The notes under the pieces were generated by a model, which was not told the origin of the DNA, ran no database searches, and was given only the letters and a program-made list of their open reading frames with translations. Shown here piece after piece: positions 17,057 to 26,845 of a stretch of 38,593 bases of DNA. Source of the stretch: a virus (lineage: Duplodnaviria > Caudoviricetes); the IMG/VR virus record IMGVR_UViG_3300032212_000070, positions 1 through 38,593 of that record. One strand, given 5' to 3'. How positions within the stretch are numbered: position 1 is the stretch's first letter; every line of letters begins with the position of its first letter. The translations under genes were made by a program, and so were the position numbers.

Positions 17057-18037
17057 ATGTCTTACCAAAGTGTAGATAGTGGCGCTGGCCTTAACCAGCA
17101 GAGCACGGCCACGCGGACCTTTTACAACCGCTCCATGCTCCAGGACAATTTCCACTGGCTGGTTCTGGCCAATTTCGCAGAGCGCGAGCCTATCCCGCTC
17201 AAAGAAGGCCAGACCATCAGTAAGCGCCGGATGGAAAAACTTTCGGCAGCAACAACCGCACTGACTGAGGGCAGCCCGCCAAGCGGCTCCAACCTCACCA
17301 TCGCAGAAGTCACGGGCACCGTTGCCCAATACGGCGACTTCGTCGAATGGACCGACAAGTTCGTTGAGACAGGCCCCGACCCCTACGTCGCGGGCACACT
17401 CAACCTTCAGGGCCAGCAGGCCATGCTGACGTTTGACAGCGTCATGCAAACCACGCTGACCGCAGGAACCAACGTCATCTATGGCGGCACAGCAACCAGC
17501 ACGGCAACCGTCGCCGCTGGTGACACGCCGACAACTGGTGACTTCGACGACGCTATCCAGCAGCTCCAGGAAGCGCACGTCCCGTATGTCAACGGCTACA
17601 TTGACGCCTCGACCGGCGTTAACACCGTCACAGGTGAGCCAAGCTACATTTGCGCGCTGACTCCTGCCATGTGGAAGGTCGTCAAAAACCTCTCCGGCGT
17701 TGAAAAGGCTGGCCAGTATCGCGGGCAGACCATGCTTCTGCCGGGCGAGAAGGGCAAGTACGATTCTCTCCGCTTCGTCATGACCACTAACGGCCTCCTC
17801 GACGCGGCCGCAGGTGCATCGTCCATCGACGTTCACCAAATGCTTTTCTTCGGCGCTGGCGCTTTCGCTAACTCGACGATCTCCGGGCGCGAGCTTCAGG
17901 CCCGCATCCGTGCGGTCGGCGAAGCCACCAAGGGCGACGAACTCGGTCAGACCGGATCGGTTGGTTGGATCGCGTACTTCATGTGCATGATCCTGAACCA
18001 GACCAAGCTGATTCGCGGCGAGTTTGCAGCCTCCTAA
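17057..18037 (+). CDS. Major capsid protein, N4-gp56-like
   Basis: LTEG.PP.G, QYGDFVEWTD, GEKG.Y..LRFV, DELGQ.GSVGW. Confidence 0.88.
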   Translation: MSYQSVDSGAGLNQQSTATRTFYNRSMLQDNFHWLVLANFAEREPIPLKEGQTISKRRMEKLSAATTALTEGSPPSGSNLTIAEVTGTVAQYGDFVEWTDKFVETGPDPYVAGTLNLQGQQAMLTFDSVMQTTLTAGTNVIYGGTATSTATVAAGDTPTTGDFDDAIQQLQEAHVPYVNGYIDASTGVNTVTGEPSYICALTPAMWKVVKNLSGVEKAGQYRGQTMLLPGEKGKYDSLRFVMTTNGLLDAAAGASSIDVHQMLFFGAGAFANSTISGRELQARIRAVGEATKGDELGQTGSVGWIAYFMCMILNQTKLIRGEFAAS

Positions 18038-18107
18038 GAATTCCTGCTCCGGGGCGCGGCTTGTGGTTTAGTCGCGCCCCACTCCCCCAATTCCCCCGAG
18101 GAAAGAA

Positions 18108-18485
18108 ATGCCAAGACCAAAGAAAGAAACGACAGCAGAGCAGCCAGCCAAGGTTGACCCGGAAGCAATCCGCGCAATGGCGAAAGCCGAAGGGCGCAGG
18201 CTGCGAGGCGAAGAAACGCTGGCCATTCTCGAAGCTGGTGAACAGTTCGAAATCACAGCGCGACCAAAGCAGAACCCGAAAGAAGGGGACTTTGTTTTGC
18301 TCGCTTGCATCAACGGGGTCAAATTCTGGGCGCAGCCAGGAGAGACCAAGTCGGTCCCCATCGAGGTCGCCCGCATCGCATGGCGAGCCGGTGACGCAGT
18401 AGGCGCAGCGCCAAGCGGCGTAGAGCGCAACTTGCGCGAGGTCAACCCGCCCGCTGAAATCGCAATTCACCCCAACAAGAAATAA
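18108..18485 (+). CDS. Hypothetical head-associated protein
   Basis: Follows the capsid gene; INGVKF..PGE..VP.EVA; GAGG RBS. Confidence 0.65.
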   Translation: MPRPKKETTAEQPAKVDPEAIRAMAKAEGRRLRGEETLAILEAGEQFEITARPKQNPKEGDFVLLACINGVKFWAQPGETKSVPIEVARIAWRAGDAVGAAPSGVERNLREVNPPAEIAIHPNKK

Positions 18486-18488
18486 ACC

Positions 18489-19691
18489 GTGGAAACCTTC
18501 AACGACTTCATCCGTACCGCGCAGACAAGCCTGAATCAGCACGATTCAGAGCTTGAGGCGCTATGGATTGACCGTCAGAAGGAAATCCGCGAACGGGAGG
18601 ACGCGCTAAGGGATTCGCTTATCGCGCTCCTTCTGCTATGGCCTTTTGGCAACGACAAGCGGCGCAAGTTGCAGACCCGGAACCGGGGGCAGATTCGCAC
18701 CATCAACCGCAGGGCAGCCGTCGAGGTGGAGAAATTCCAGCGCGACATCCTGCGAATGACGGTAGGCGGGCCGGACGGTTGGCGGCCATTCCGCACGACT
18801 TCAAACACGGCGTTTGAATTCTCCAAGTCCACGAATCATACCCACGTTTGGGACGCCATGGCGCGAGGTCGGATGACGGCGCGAGACTTGGACCGCATCA
18901 TAGGCCCAACGCGCCCAGGTATCACGGGGCCAGATCGCCCAGGTATCACCGGCGAGCCATTGCCCAGGATCGCGCCCAGGGTTTTGCCTGAAATGGACCC
19001 AGAATTCCGGCGGCGACTACTCGCAGAAGATGACGGCGCGGTAGCCGTTGCCGATGACGAGGATTTGCCACTTATCCCGAATTCATCAGAGGCAGACCAG
19101 ACGCCCCAAGCGCTTGAAGACCTCGAAGGCGACGAGCTTGTGCAGCATATGTACGAAGTTCTCGAAGCCGCGCTGGATAACCCGGAAGGCAACACGCGCA
19201 ACCGTAGCCGTCAGATGAAAGAGTCGGTGCGGGACATGTCATATGACCGGACCATGAGTCGCGCACAGGTCGTCGAGCAGGTGAACGGCAATCGCAAGGG
19301 CGGCGGCTTCCGGCTCAATGAAAACAACATGAAGCTATCGACGCTCACCCACGCCCGGAGCGCCTATCGGCTTTCCATGCTGGACTATGCCGACAAGCGC
19401 GGCATTAATCACTTTATGCTCGAATACCCGGCAGCAAAGCGGGCAAGCATGAGCGCGGGCGGTATCATCGCGCAACACGCGCACCAGATTAGGACGCTCG
19501 ACCAATGGTCAGGCGTCTACAAAGCGGCGGCGAAAGGCAAGTTCTCAGCAGCTAACGCCACGCTTGGATTCCATCACAACGATTTCACAACGCTTGTTCC
19601 TATCCCGGCTTCATTGCTCGACCAGGCCAAGCAGTACAGCAAGACTAACCGTGGACGGTTGATCAAATTCCTTTCGACGAGGGCGGCATAA
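18489..19691 (+). CDS. Putative minor head/morphogenesis protein
   Basis: 400 aa in the head module; C-terminal GFHHND...LVP resembles the HPNC motif of gpF/gp7-like proteins. Confidence 0.55.
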   Translation: METFNDFIRTAQTSLNQHDSELEALWIDRQKEIREREDALRDSLIALLLLWPFGNDKRRKLQTRNRGQIRTINRRAAVEVEKFQRDILRMTVGGPDGWRPFRTTSNTAFEFSKSTNHTHVWDAMARGRMTARDLDRIIGPTRPGITGPDRPGITGEPLPRIAPRVLPEMDPEFRRRLLAEDDGAVAVADDEDLPLIPNSSEADQTPQALEDLEGDELVQHMYEVLEAALDNPEGNTRNRSRQMKESVRDMSYDRTMSRAQVVEQVNGNRKGGGFRLNENNMKLSTLTHARSAYRLSMLDYADKRGINHFMLEYPAAKRASMSAGGIIAQHAHQIRTLDQWSGVYKAAAKGKFSAANATLGFHHNDFTTLVPIPASLLDQAKQYSKTNRGRLIKFLSTRAA

Positions 19692-19960
19692 TGGCGAGAC
19701 CAAATATCGGGCCTAACGGCGCACAACTCGAGATGGGAAACACGACCGTGGCGGTGTCGGGCGGTTCTGGAACATTGGCGGTTATTTTCGGCCAGTCGTT
19801 TACCCGGATTCCGCAGGTTCTCGTTGTGGATCATGAGGCCGATGCCGGAAGCTATTCGGCGACAACCATCACTGAGACGGGCTTCACCGTTGCGGTCACT
19901 TCTTCTGACTATGCCGACGGCGACATTAAAGTCGGTTGGCTCGCGGTGGAGAAATCGTAA
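19691..19960 (+). CDS. Small virion beta-sandwich protein (gp53/H-lectin-like)
   Basis: VIFGQSF.RIPQV, ITETGFTV, VGWLAV. Confidence 0.65.
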   Translation: MARPNIGPNGAQLEMGNTTVAVSGGSGTLAVIFGQSFTRIPQVLVVDHEADAGSYSATTITETGFTVAVTSSDYADGDIKVGWLAVEKS

Positions 19961-20382
19961 TGGCGAAGTATTACACCATCACCGGCAAAGAGTCGCTTTT
20001 GCAGCGTTTCATCGGGCGCGACCTCGCGGGCTTGAATGCAGCGCGGAAGACCGAAAGCGAAGCATTCGCCGACAACTGGATTGATCGCAAATTTGCAGAC
20101 TGGAATACGAGCGCGTTCGCTATCGCGGGTGACGTACCGGCGCAGATTGCGGAAATCGCCGAGCTGGTCGCCGTTGCGCGCTTCTGGCGTCTCGAATTCA
20201 TGCAAAAGGGCAAAGACCCGCTGGCGGATGAAACGTCGGTTCCGTTCTCGCTCATGAATGAGGCCATGGCCATCGTCGAGCAGATTAACGGCGCGGGCTA
20301 TGTCATGGCCAACAACGGCAAGAAGATCAGCCAGAGCGACGGGAGCACGACGCCGGATATGTTTGTGGACGTTGCCATATGA
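19960..20382 (+). CDS. Head-tail adaptor
   Basis: MAKYYT start, ADNWIDRK, VPAQI.EIA; position. Confidence 0.65.
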   Translation: MAKYYTITGKESLLQRFIGRDLAGLNAARKTESEAFADNWIDRKFADWNTSAFAIAGDVPAQIAEIAELVAVARFWRLEFMQKGKDPLADETSVPFSLMNEAMAIVEQINGAGYVMANNGKKISQSDGSTTPDMFVDVAI

Positions 20383-20927
20383 TTTCTTTTGACTTCAAAA
20401 CCGCGCAGTTCAAAGCCGCTACGAAACGACTTCGTAACGGGCTTAGGGACTTTCGCGGCTTTTGGAAGCACTACAAGAAAAACGGCAACATGGCGACCAT
20501 TCAACGGGACTGGTTCTATGGTGGCGGGCCAGATCCGAAGCCGCTGAAAAAGCGGACAAAGAAGCGCCGCGCCACCGGCCTTTTCGTGAATCAGAGAAAT
20601 TCTAAGGACTTCTATAAGGCGCTGAAGGCTGGCATCGCATCAAAGCCCGATGGCGGCATTTCTCCGGGCTCGCCTAAGTGGGTTTGGACAAAGAACACGC
20701 TACGCAGCACATACGAGCAGCCCGAAATGAAGTCCCGGCAAATGATTTTCGCCACGGGCAAATTCGAGAAGCTGACGCAGCCTTCGACCTATCGCCGTTT
20801 TCGCGGCCCATTCGCTAAGTACATGCCCGATCACAACAAGGTCTGGAATATGAAGGCGATTGAAGACGACATCGCCAAGGAACTCCAGGCGTACTTTGCC
20901 AAGCTAATCGGCGGGAGGGCCGCATAA
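20379..20927 (+). CDS. Virion morphogenesis/tail completion protein (Mu gpG-like)
   Basis: Highly basic, PLKKRT.KRR motif; position in the neck module. Confidence 0.6.
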   Translation: MISFDFKTAQFKAATKRLRNGLRDFRGFWKHYKKNGNMATIQRDWFYGGGPDPKPLKKRTKKRRATGLFVNQRNSKDFYKALKAGIASKPDGGISPGSPKWVWTKNTLRSTYEQPEMKSRQMIFATGKFEKLTQPSTYRRFRGPFAKYMPDHNKVWNMKAIEDDIAKELQAYFAKLIGGRAA

Positions 20928-21409
20928 TGTCGATGCTATTCTCTCCCATGATTTCGGACTTTTGGGACCACTTGAATAACGATGCGGACTATGCCGCGCT
21001 TGGTCTTACTGAATTCCGCAGGATGGATGGCCGCATTTTCGAGCCGCAATTCGCCGAAGAAATCAGCGACACGGACCTCCCCATTCACGCTTGCGATTCC
21101 ATCAAAGTCGTTCCTGTTCTGGTGACTTCACCAGGCACTTGGGACATCGAGACCACGCTAACAGGCTCGCTCTGGTTCGCCGCTGATGGGCCTATCGGCA
21201 CTGAGGCGTCGAGCGAGATAGAAGACGCCATGGCGAAGGTTTTTGATTCGCTGCACAGCCCTACAACCGTTCTAACCGGCATCGGCTCGAACGTCCGAGA
21301 GTACGAATTCATCATGGACGACATCACGCCCATCTATGCCGACGAGACGCAATCTATCCTCGCCTACTGGACGGCGAGCTACACGCTAACCCTTAAGAAG
21401 ATCCGATAA
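20927..21409 (+). CDS. Tail terminator
   Basis: Acidic 160 aa immediately before the tail tube. Confidence 0.55.
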   Translation: MSMLFSPMISDFWDHLNNDADYAALGLTEFRRMDGRIFEPQFAEEISDTDLPIHACDSIKVVPVLVTSPGTWDIETTLTGSLWFAADGPIGTEASSEIEDAMAKVFDSLHSPTTVLTGIGSNVREYEFIMDDITPIYADETQSILAYWTASYTLTLKKIR

Positions 21410-21421
21410 GGAGCTCAAAAA

Positions 21422-22630
21422 ATGTCAATCTTGCAAGGCTACAAGCTGCGGCTTCGAATCGGACGGCAAACAGACCGGACGACCGTTTGCTCATTCGCTG
21501 GCCCCGACTATGAAAGCGACAGCGCGGCGGAGCGTTGGTTTGACCTCGCCATCTCAGAAGACGGCTTCCAGGCCACCGGCGACAACCCGACCATTCCCGT
21601 CCCGACTCAGCACGGCGTAAGAGGCACGGCCTACAGCGTCGGCGGCGACCGAAACACGCAGCAGGGCAGCCTGAATATGCCCTTTTTTCCAGAGTGCGCG
21701 AAATTCTTGCTGGATCTGCCGCAAGTCGTGGGCGACCAGAAGGAATACTACACGATCCAGGAGTGGCACGATTCCAGCATCGGCACGGGCACGGGCGCTG
21801 AGTACATCGGCTGCGTGTTCGACGGCTTCAATATGACGCTGAACCGAGGCGCGAGCGGCGTTGTTCCTATCTCCCTGCCGTTCTTCTTCAACCAGGACAA
21901 AGAACTCACAGGGTCAGCGCCGAGCTTCACCAGGCCGCCCGCAGACCCCTATTCGAGCCGTGGCGTCCTTATCGACTTGGTCAAGACGACATCAGCTTTT
22001 GACGCGGACAACGCAGACGTAGAAAGCGCCGATATCAGCGTATCCGACGGCGTCTCAGTCGGCGACCATCGCGGAAGCCCAACCGAGTCGCTTGACGGCG
22101 TATGGACCACCCACACGTTGGCCACAGCGCCCACCGTTGGCGTTAACTCGACACTCGTCGTGCGGGATTCTGACTATCTGGACTGGCATCGAGGCAGCCC
22201 GAAGCCTGACTTCATGGTTCGCGTCGGCCTCACTTACCAGAATCCGACATTCAAGCAAACGGCTACCGTCACCATCACGGACGGCGGCGGTTCGCAGACC
22301 ATCACGGTTAGTGACGTTTCAGGGCTTGCCGATGGCGATATTGTCATGATCACGGACGGTTCCAAATTCACAGTCGCGACCGTTTCCAACGTCGACGCAC
22401 CATCTGACACATTCGACATCGACGATTCGGATTGCGCATGGACTGCCGAGTCCGTGACGATCACTAACGCAGCTATCGAGCTTCGTATGTTGCGCCTCGA
22501 CCTCTCAGCCCCAGGCACGAAGACAGCAGGCGGTGGACGGGCGACCATTTCCCACGGCTTTAGCGCCGAACTCGTCGCGGGCGAGACCGAGCTTTACACC
22601 TACAAGGCAGCCAACGACGACAACACCTAA
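21422..22630 (+). CDS. Major tail tube protein with inserted accessory domain
   Basis: YYTIQE, YIGCVFDGFNMTL; position before chaperone and tape measure. Confidence 0.75.
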   Translation: MSILQGYKLRLRIGRQTDRTTVCSFAGPDYESDSAAERWFDLAISEDGFQATGDNPTIPVPTQHGVRGTAYSVGGDRNTQQGSLNMPFFPECAKFLLDLPQVVGDQKEYYTIQEWHDSSIGTGTGAEYIGCVFDGFNMTLNRGASGVVPISLPFFFNQDKELTGSAPSFTRPPADPYSSRGVLIDLVKTTSAFDADNADVESADISVSDGVSVGDHRGSPTESLDGVWTTHTLATAPTVGVNSTLVVRDSDYLDWHRGSPKPDFMVRVGLTYQNPTFKQTATVTITDGGGSQTITVSDVSGLADGDIVMITDGSKFTVATVSNVDAPSDTFDIDDSDCAWTAESVTITNAAIELRMLRLDLSAPGTKTAGGGRATISHGFSAELVAGETELYTYKAANDDNT

Positions 22631-22643
22631 ACCATTCGATCTC

Positions 22644-22701
22644 CTCCCCTTCCTGCTTGAATTCGTCGGGGGATGATTCAGGCAGGGGGGGGCGGTTTTT
22701 T
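22644..22701 (+). terminator. Hairpin with U-tract after the tail tube
   Basis: CCCCTTCCTGCTTGAAT...ATTCAGGCAGGGGGGG then CGGTTTTTT. Confidence 0.55.
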
Positions 22702-22729
22702 CCCCCACTTTCCCCCGAGGTATTGAACG

Positions 22730-23194
22730 ATGGCCAAGAAAGCAGCGACCAAGAAAGCGGCGGCAAAGCCTGCCGACGAGCCCGAGAAGAAAGCCCCAAC
22801 GCATCCAGACTGGTACAAGCCCATCGACTGGGAGTCTGCCGTTATCGACTTGACCGATTATGGCTTCGGAGAAATCGTTTTGCGCGACCCGGTCCTATCT
22901 TTTGTCGGCAAGGAATTGACGATGGCGAAGGAAGCCGAACAGGGCGAGCAATCCCATGGAAACCAGGAAATCGTGAAGCTCGCGGCAGAATTCCGCAGCT
23001 ACATTTCCGGCACCAGGCTTTCGGACCAGGGCAAGGGCTACGAGCGCCTAAAACAGTGCCCGAAGGACAACGACAAGCCCGACGCATGGGTGACTTGGAC
23101 AAAGCACTTTCAGAAAAAGCCACTCGACCGTATCCGTTTGGGAATTCAGCTTTTCGTTAACGACGTTGGCGTTGAATTCTCAAAAAACTACTAA
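22730..23194 (+). CDS. Tail assembly chaperone (gpG-like)
   Basis: Between tube and tape measure; ends in a slippery heptamer. Confidence 0.75.
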   Translation: MAKKAATKKAAAKPADEPEKKAPTHPDWYKPIDWESAVIDLTDYGFGEIVLRDPVLSFVGKELTMAKEAEQGEQSHGNQEIVKLAAEFRSYISGTRLSDQGKGYERLKQCPKDNDKPDAWVTWTKHFQKKPLDRIRLGIQLFVNDVGVEFSKNY

Positions 23195-23424
23195 GCCGCG
23201 AACTGGCTCATTGGGTCATAGGCGGCGAAGAAAACGAACTGCCAGAGGAAAGCCACTTTCGGCAGTTAGCGAGAGAAGCAGTATGGACCGCAACAACCGG
23301 GCAGACAATCGACGGCAGGCCAATAGCGCAGCAAGGGCAACGCTGGCAGGCCGTCTTTTGGGCTGCTTGGGAATTGATCCAGACGAAGAGAAACGCGGTC
23401 GCGGCTATGCCGTCGCTGCTTTAG
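23182..23424 (+). CDS. -1 frameshift extension of the tail chaperone (gpGT-like)
   Basis: A AAA AAC at 23182-23188; the -1 frame is open as KLLSRELAHWVIGG...AMPSLL* to 23424. Confidence 0.75.
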   Translation, partial: KKLLSRELAHWVIGGEENELPEESHFRQLAREAVWTATTGQTIDGRPIAQQGQRWQAVFWAAWELIQTKRNAVAAMPSLL

Positions 23425-23801
23425 TTCTTCGATTGAAGGCGTTTGTATTCGCGCAGAAACGCCATAGCTTGCGGGCTTCCCATGCCGAGATCTTCGACAT
23501 CGCACCAGGCTATAGCGATTTTAGTTTCGTTTTCGGTTTGTTCTTCAATGGCTACGCCGAACTCGACGCGGCCCGTCCTTGTGTCGGTGCGGATCATATG
23601 CGGCGTCTGGAAAGATTCAGCTTTGTGCCCGCCCATGTTGACCAGGCGAGCCACCGGCGCAGAAGTGACGGTAAATCGTGCGGGTTCTTCAGCATTCGAG
23701 CCGAGGACAAATCCAACAACAAGAGCCACGACGACGGCGGCTATCGGCTTCCAGTTCAAAACGCGGTATTCGATCATATCGGGGGCCTCCCTGTGCTCCA
23801 T
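23421..23801 (-). CDS. Membrane-anchored moron protein, antisense within the tail operon
   Basis: N-terminal TM (IAAVVVALVVGFVLG); fills the gap between GT and the tape measure exactly. Confidence 0.7.
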   Translation of the reverse strand: MEHREAPDMIEYRVLNWKPIAAVVVALVVGFVLGSNAEEPARFTVTSAPVARLVNMGGHKAESFQTPHMIRTDTRTGRVEFGVAIEEQTENETKIAIAWCDVEDLGMGSPQAMAFLREYKRLQSKN

Positions 23802-23848
23802 TCCCCTAATACTACACCAATTGCGGCCCGTTTGGGGGAAATTGCGCT

Positions 23849-26845
23849 ATGAGCGGCCCAGCTCTTGAAATCAACGTCAATAACCGCGACCTAAGCCTTG
23901 GTGTCTCGCAACTTAGCAACATTGAGAAGCTGTTAGAGCGGCTTGTAAAACTCAATGAAAAGAACGGCAAAAGCCTTGCTGTACGTCAAAAGACGCTGAA
24001 TCAGCAGAATAACACGCTGAACCAGACCGTCAGGATCACCAACAAATACACGCAAAACGTCAAGATCATCAACAACCAGCTTGACGAAACTAACCGCAAA
24101 ACCAAGCAATGGGAGAACAGGCTAACCCGTATCGGGCGCATGTTTGGCCGCATTGGGCGCGGCGCGTCAAGAATCGGCGTAGGCGCGGCTGGCCTTGGCG
24201 GTGGTATTGGCAACTCGCTACAAGCGCGAGGCGGTCAGGCTTTCGGCGGCTTGTTTGGTGGTGGCGGTATTGCGGGTTTGGCGGGCGGCGCAGTCCGCGC
24301 ACCTTTTGCGGTCGCTGAATTCGGGCTCAGGATCGGCGGCGACCTTGGGCAGTCGATCATCACGGGCGTTGGTAAAACGCTCGCTGGCGCAGGCGGTGCG
24401 GTCTCAAATATCGCGGGCGGCTTCGGCGGCCTCATCGGTGCGCCCCTTGCCATTGCGGGCGGCGCTATCGGTTTGGCTGGTCCTATTGTTGGCGCTCTTG
24501 GCCAGGCAGGCGGCGCAGTCCTTGGCGCGGCGGGCGAGTTAGGCGGCCAGATCGCCGAGAAGCTGGTCGGCGCTTTGTCGGTTGGACTTGGCGCGGCGAC
24601 TATTGCCACGGGCTTTTCGCTCAAGAGCGCGGCGAAATATGAACGGCTTTCGCCTTCCTTCCAGTCATTGACGGGGGGCGCAGACCAAGAGCAAACACTT
24701 CAGCGCCTATCGGACGCGGTAGATGGCACGGTCTCAAAGGTTGACCTTTTGTCCATCGCCAACCGGGCGTTATCTCTTGGAGCGGTTAAGTCGGTCGACG
24801 AACTGATTGAGCTTGCAAAGGCGGCCCAGCAATTGGGCAACACAATGGACCGCAGTACCAAGGATGCCATTGAGGATTTGTCGTTAGGTCTTGCGCGAGG
24901 GTCAAAGCTAATCCTCGATAACGTCGGCCTCATCATCAACGCCAAGGAGGCGCACGAAGCATACGCCGAGGCTATCGGGACAACAGCCTCGCAACTGGAC
25001 GAGGCAGAGAAGCGCGAAGCCGTTAGAATTTTTGGGCTCGACCAGGCAAACAAAAAAGTAGCAGCGGCGACAAAGAACACAAACGAACAGACCAGAGCAT
25101 CAGAGAAGCTGTTTAAAGTCTACGAGCAAGTAAAGGCCAGCGTCCAAGATCTTTCTAACGAGTGGGGCTTATCACTCCTGCCCGTGGCGAAGAAGATCGC
25201 ATCAGAATTCAAAGAGCTAACAACCGGCGCAACCGAGTGGGTAAAACTCCACCGCGAAGAAATCACAACTAAGGTAATGGGTTTTTGGGAGTCCTTGCCC
25301 GGTTGGATCGCATCAGCACAAAAGGCGGTTTCATCGTTTGGGCTGGCCATCAAGTCAGCTTTTGGATTCGCTGACGACTCAAGAGCCAGTGAACTAATCG
25401 ACCTTGTGACCAACGGCGGCCCGCGAGCTGGTGCCCCAGGCGGCCCGGCTGGTCCTCGATTGGCTGGCGGCCATAGTAATTCAATTCAAAACCCGTTTTC
25501 CTCCACACTATCCCGCATCGGATCAAAGGTTGGGCCGCTTTTCGAGCGCGTCAAAGACGGCTTTGTATCTGCCATCACATCCGAGCAAGTGAAAGGCGCA
25601 GCGGTTCAAGTCGGCGCGTGGATGGGCGAGGGCTTATGGAGCTTCGCTAAATCTGGTTTCTCGAATGCCGACGACGCCTTAGATTCTGGCCTGATGGGCA
25701 AGGTCATTGGCGCGGGGCAAAAGGTCGGCGGCTTCGTTGGAAACGTCCAAGGCACGTTGGGCCGGTTCTCGACAAACGCGGCCAAGTCTATCTTTTCGCC
25801 ATCTTCTGCCATTCAAGGCGCTCAGAACATCGGCGGCCTATTCAAAGCGCCCGGATTCCTTGGCCCCATCAACCAGGTGCTAATCCAACAAGCGCAAGAG
25901 CAGCAGGCCGCACAATCGCTGGCGCTGGAGAGGTTGGGCGGTTCAGCTTCAATCCCAGGCGTGAAGGAAGGCGTTTTTTCGAGGATCGCAGCCGGTGGCG
26001 GTGGCGTCTCGATTTCGGGTCAAGTCAACCGCGCAATAATCGCAACATTCAAGGCGATCCGCGTCCCGATGGAGGAATCAGCGCGGGCGATCACCGAGGA
26101 AACCAGGCAGCGCGAAAAGTCGCTTTCGGCATTCGTCCGGGCGAAAAACGCAGAAATCCGCACGGTCGAAAGATTCGCCGAGGCCAAGCAGCGCGAATTA
26201 GCAGGGCTTGAGGACGACCGCTACGACGACACAGCTAACCGCATCGCGGACCTTCGAGACATCGAAGCCGATAGGCGCGGGCAGGTTTCGGCTTTGCCCG
26301 GTCAGACTTTGCGCGGCTTCGAGGGCGACATAAACACGCCCGGCCTGTCGCTCAGGGCTCGTAACCAGTTGCTATTCCGTCAGCGGAAGCAGGAAGCCGA
26401 GCGCGTCGCCCGGATCAACAAGACTTTCGGCAGCCGTGGTCCTTCGGACGCTTTTGGATCAACTCCAGGGCTCGCAGGCTTCGGCGCAGGGCTTGGTGGC
26501 GGTGGCGGCGCATTACCCGGCATCAGCGGCAGCGTCTCAGCTTCCCAGGCCCAGGCCGAGCTATTCGAGCAGATTAAGGCCAGCGCAGCATTCCGCGAGG
26601 AAGTCGCAGCCATCAACGCGGCGGCTGCGAAAGAAACGGCGGTCGTCGAGGCTGAATCTCTGGCGCTTCAAAAGCAACTCAATGAGGCCATCGTAGCAGC
26701 GAGGACAGCGGCAGAAGCGGCGCGGATTGAACAGAACAAGCTAAACGCAGAACTCGCCAAGCGGGTTAACGAGGACAAGGCCGCCATTGACAAGAACAAG
26801 GCCGAGATTGTCAAAGTCAAAGCCACTATCGGGAAGCTGAGATAA
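23849..26845 (+). CDS. Tail tape measure protein
   Basis: 998 aa, Gly/Ala-rich, GLARGS.LILDN.GLII core, coiled-coil ends. Confidence 0.9.
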   Translation: MSGPALEINVNNRDLSLGVSQLSNIEKLLERLVKLNEKNGKSLAVRQKTLNQQNNTLNQTVRITNKYTQNVKIINNQLDETNRKTKQWENRLTRIGRMFGRIGRGASRIGVGAAGLGGGIGNSLQARGGQAFGGLFGGGGIAGLAGGAVRAPFAVAEFGLRIGGDLGQSIITGVGKTLAGAGGAVSNIAGGFGGLIGAPLAIAGGAIGLAGPIVGALGQAGGAVLGAAGELGGQIAEKLVGALSVGLGAATIATGFSLKSAAKYERLSPSFQSLTGGADQEQTLQRLSDAVDGTVSKVDLLSIANRALSLGAVKSVDELIELAKAAQQLGNTMDRSTKDAIEDLSLGLARGSKLILDNVGLIINAKEAHEAYAEAIGTTASQLDEAEKREAVRIFGLDQANKKVAAATKNTNEQTRASEKLFKVYEQVKASVQDLSNEWGLSLLPVAKKIASEFKELTTGATEWVKLHREEITTKVMGFWESLPGWIASAQKAVSSFGLAIKSAFGFADDSRASELIDLVTNGGPRAGAPGGPAGPRLAGGHSNSIQNPFSSTLSRIGSKVGPLFERVKDGFVSAITSEQVKGAAVQVGAWMGEGLWSFAKSGFSNADDALDSGLMGKVIGAGQKVGGFVGNVQGTLGRFSTNAAKSIFSPSSAIQGAQNIGGLFKAPGFLGPINQVLIQQAQEQQAAQSLALERLGGSASIPGVKEGVFSRIAAGGGGVSISGQVNRAIIATFKAIRVPMEESARAITEETRQREKSLSAFVRAKNAEIRTVERFAEAKQRELAGLEDDRYDDTANRIADLRDIEADRRGQVSALPGQTLRGFEGDINTPGLSLRARNQLLFRQRKQEAERVARINKTFGSRGPSDAFGSTPGLAGFGAGLGGGGGALPGISGSVSASQAQAELFEQIKASAAFREEVAAINAAAAKETAVVEAESLALQKQLNEAIVAARTAAEAARIEQNKLNAELAKRVNEDKAAIDKNKAEIVKVKATIGKLR

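Noticed and set aside
17015-17839. Long antisense ORFs here and opposite int, portal and tape measure
   Set aside because: Expected shadows of GC-rich coding sequence, with no motifs or RBS.
23166-23852. 228-aa plus-strand ORF as the gpT extension
   Set aside because: It is in the +1 frame and is the shadow of the antisense moron; the slippery site leads to the -1 frame.
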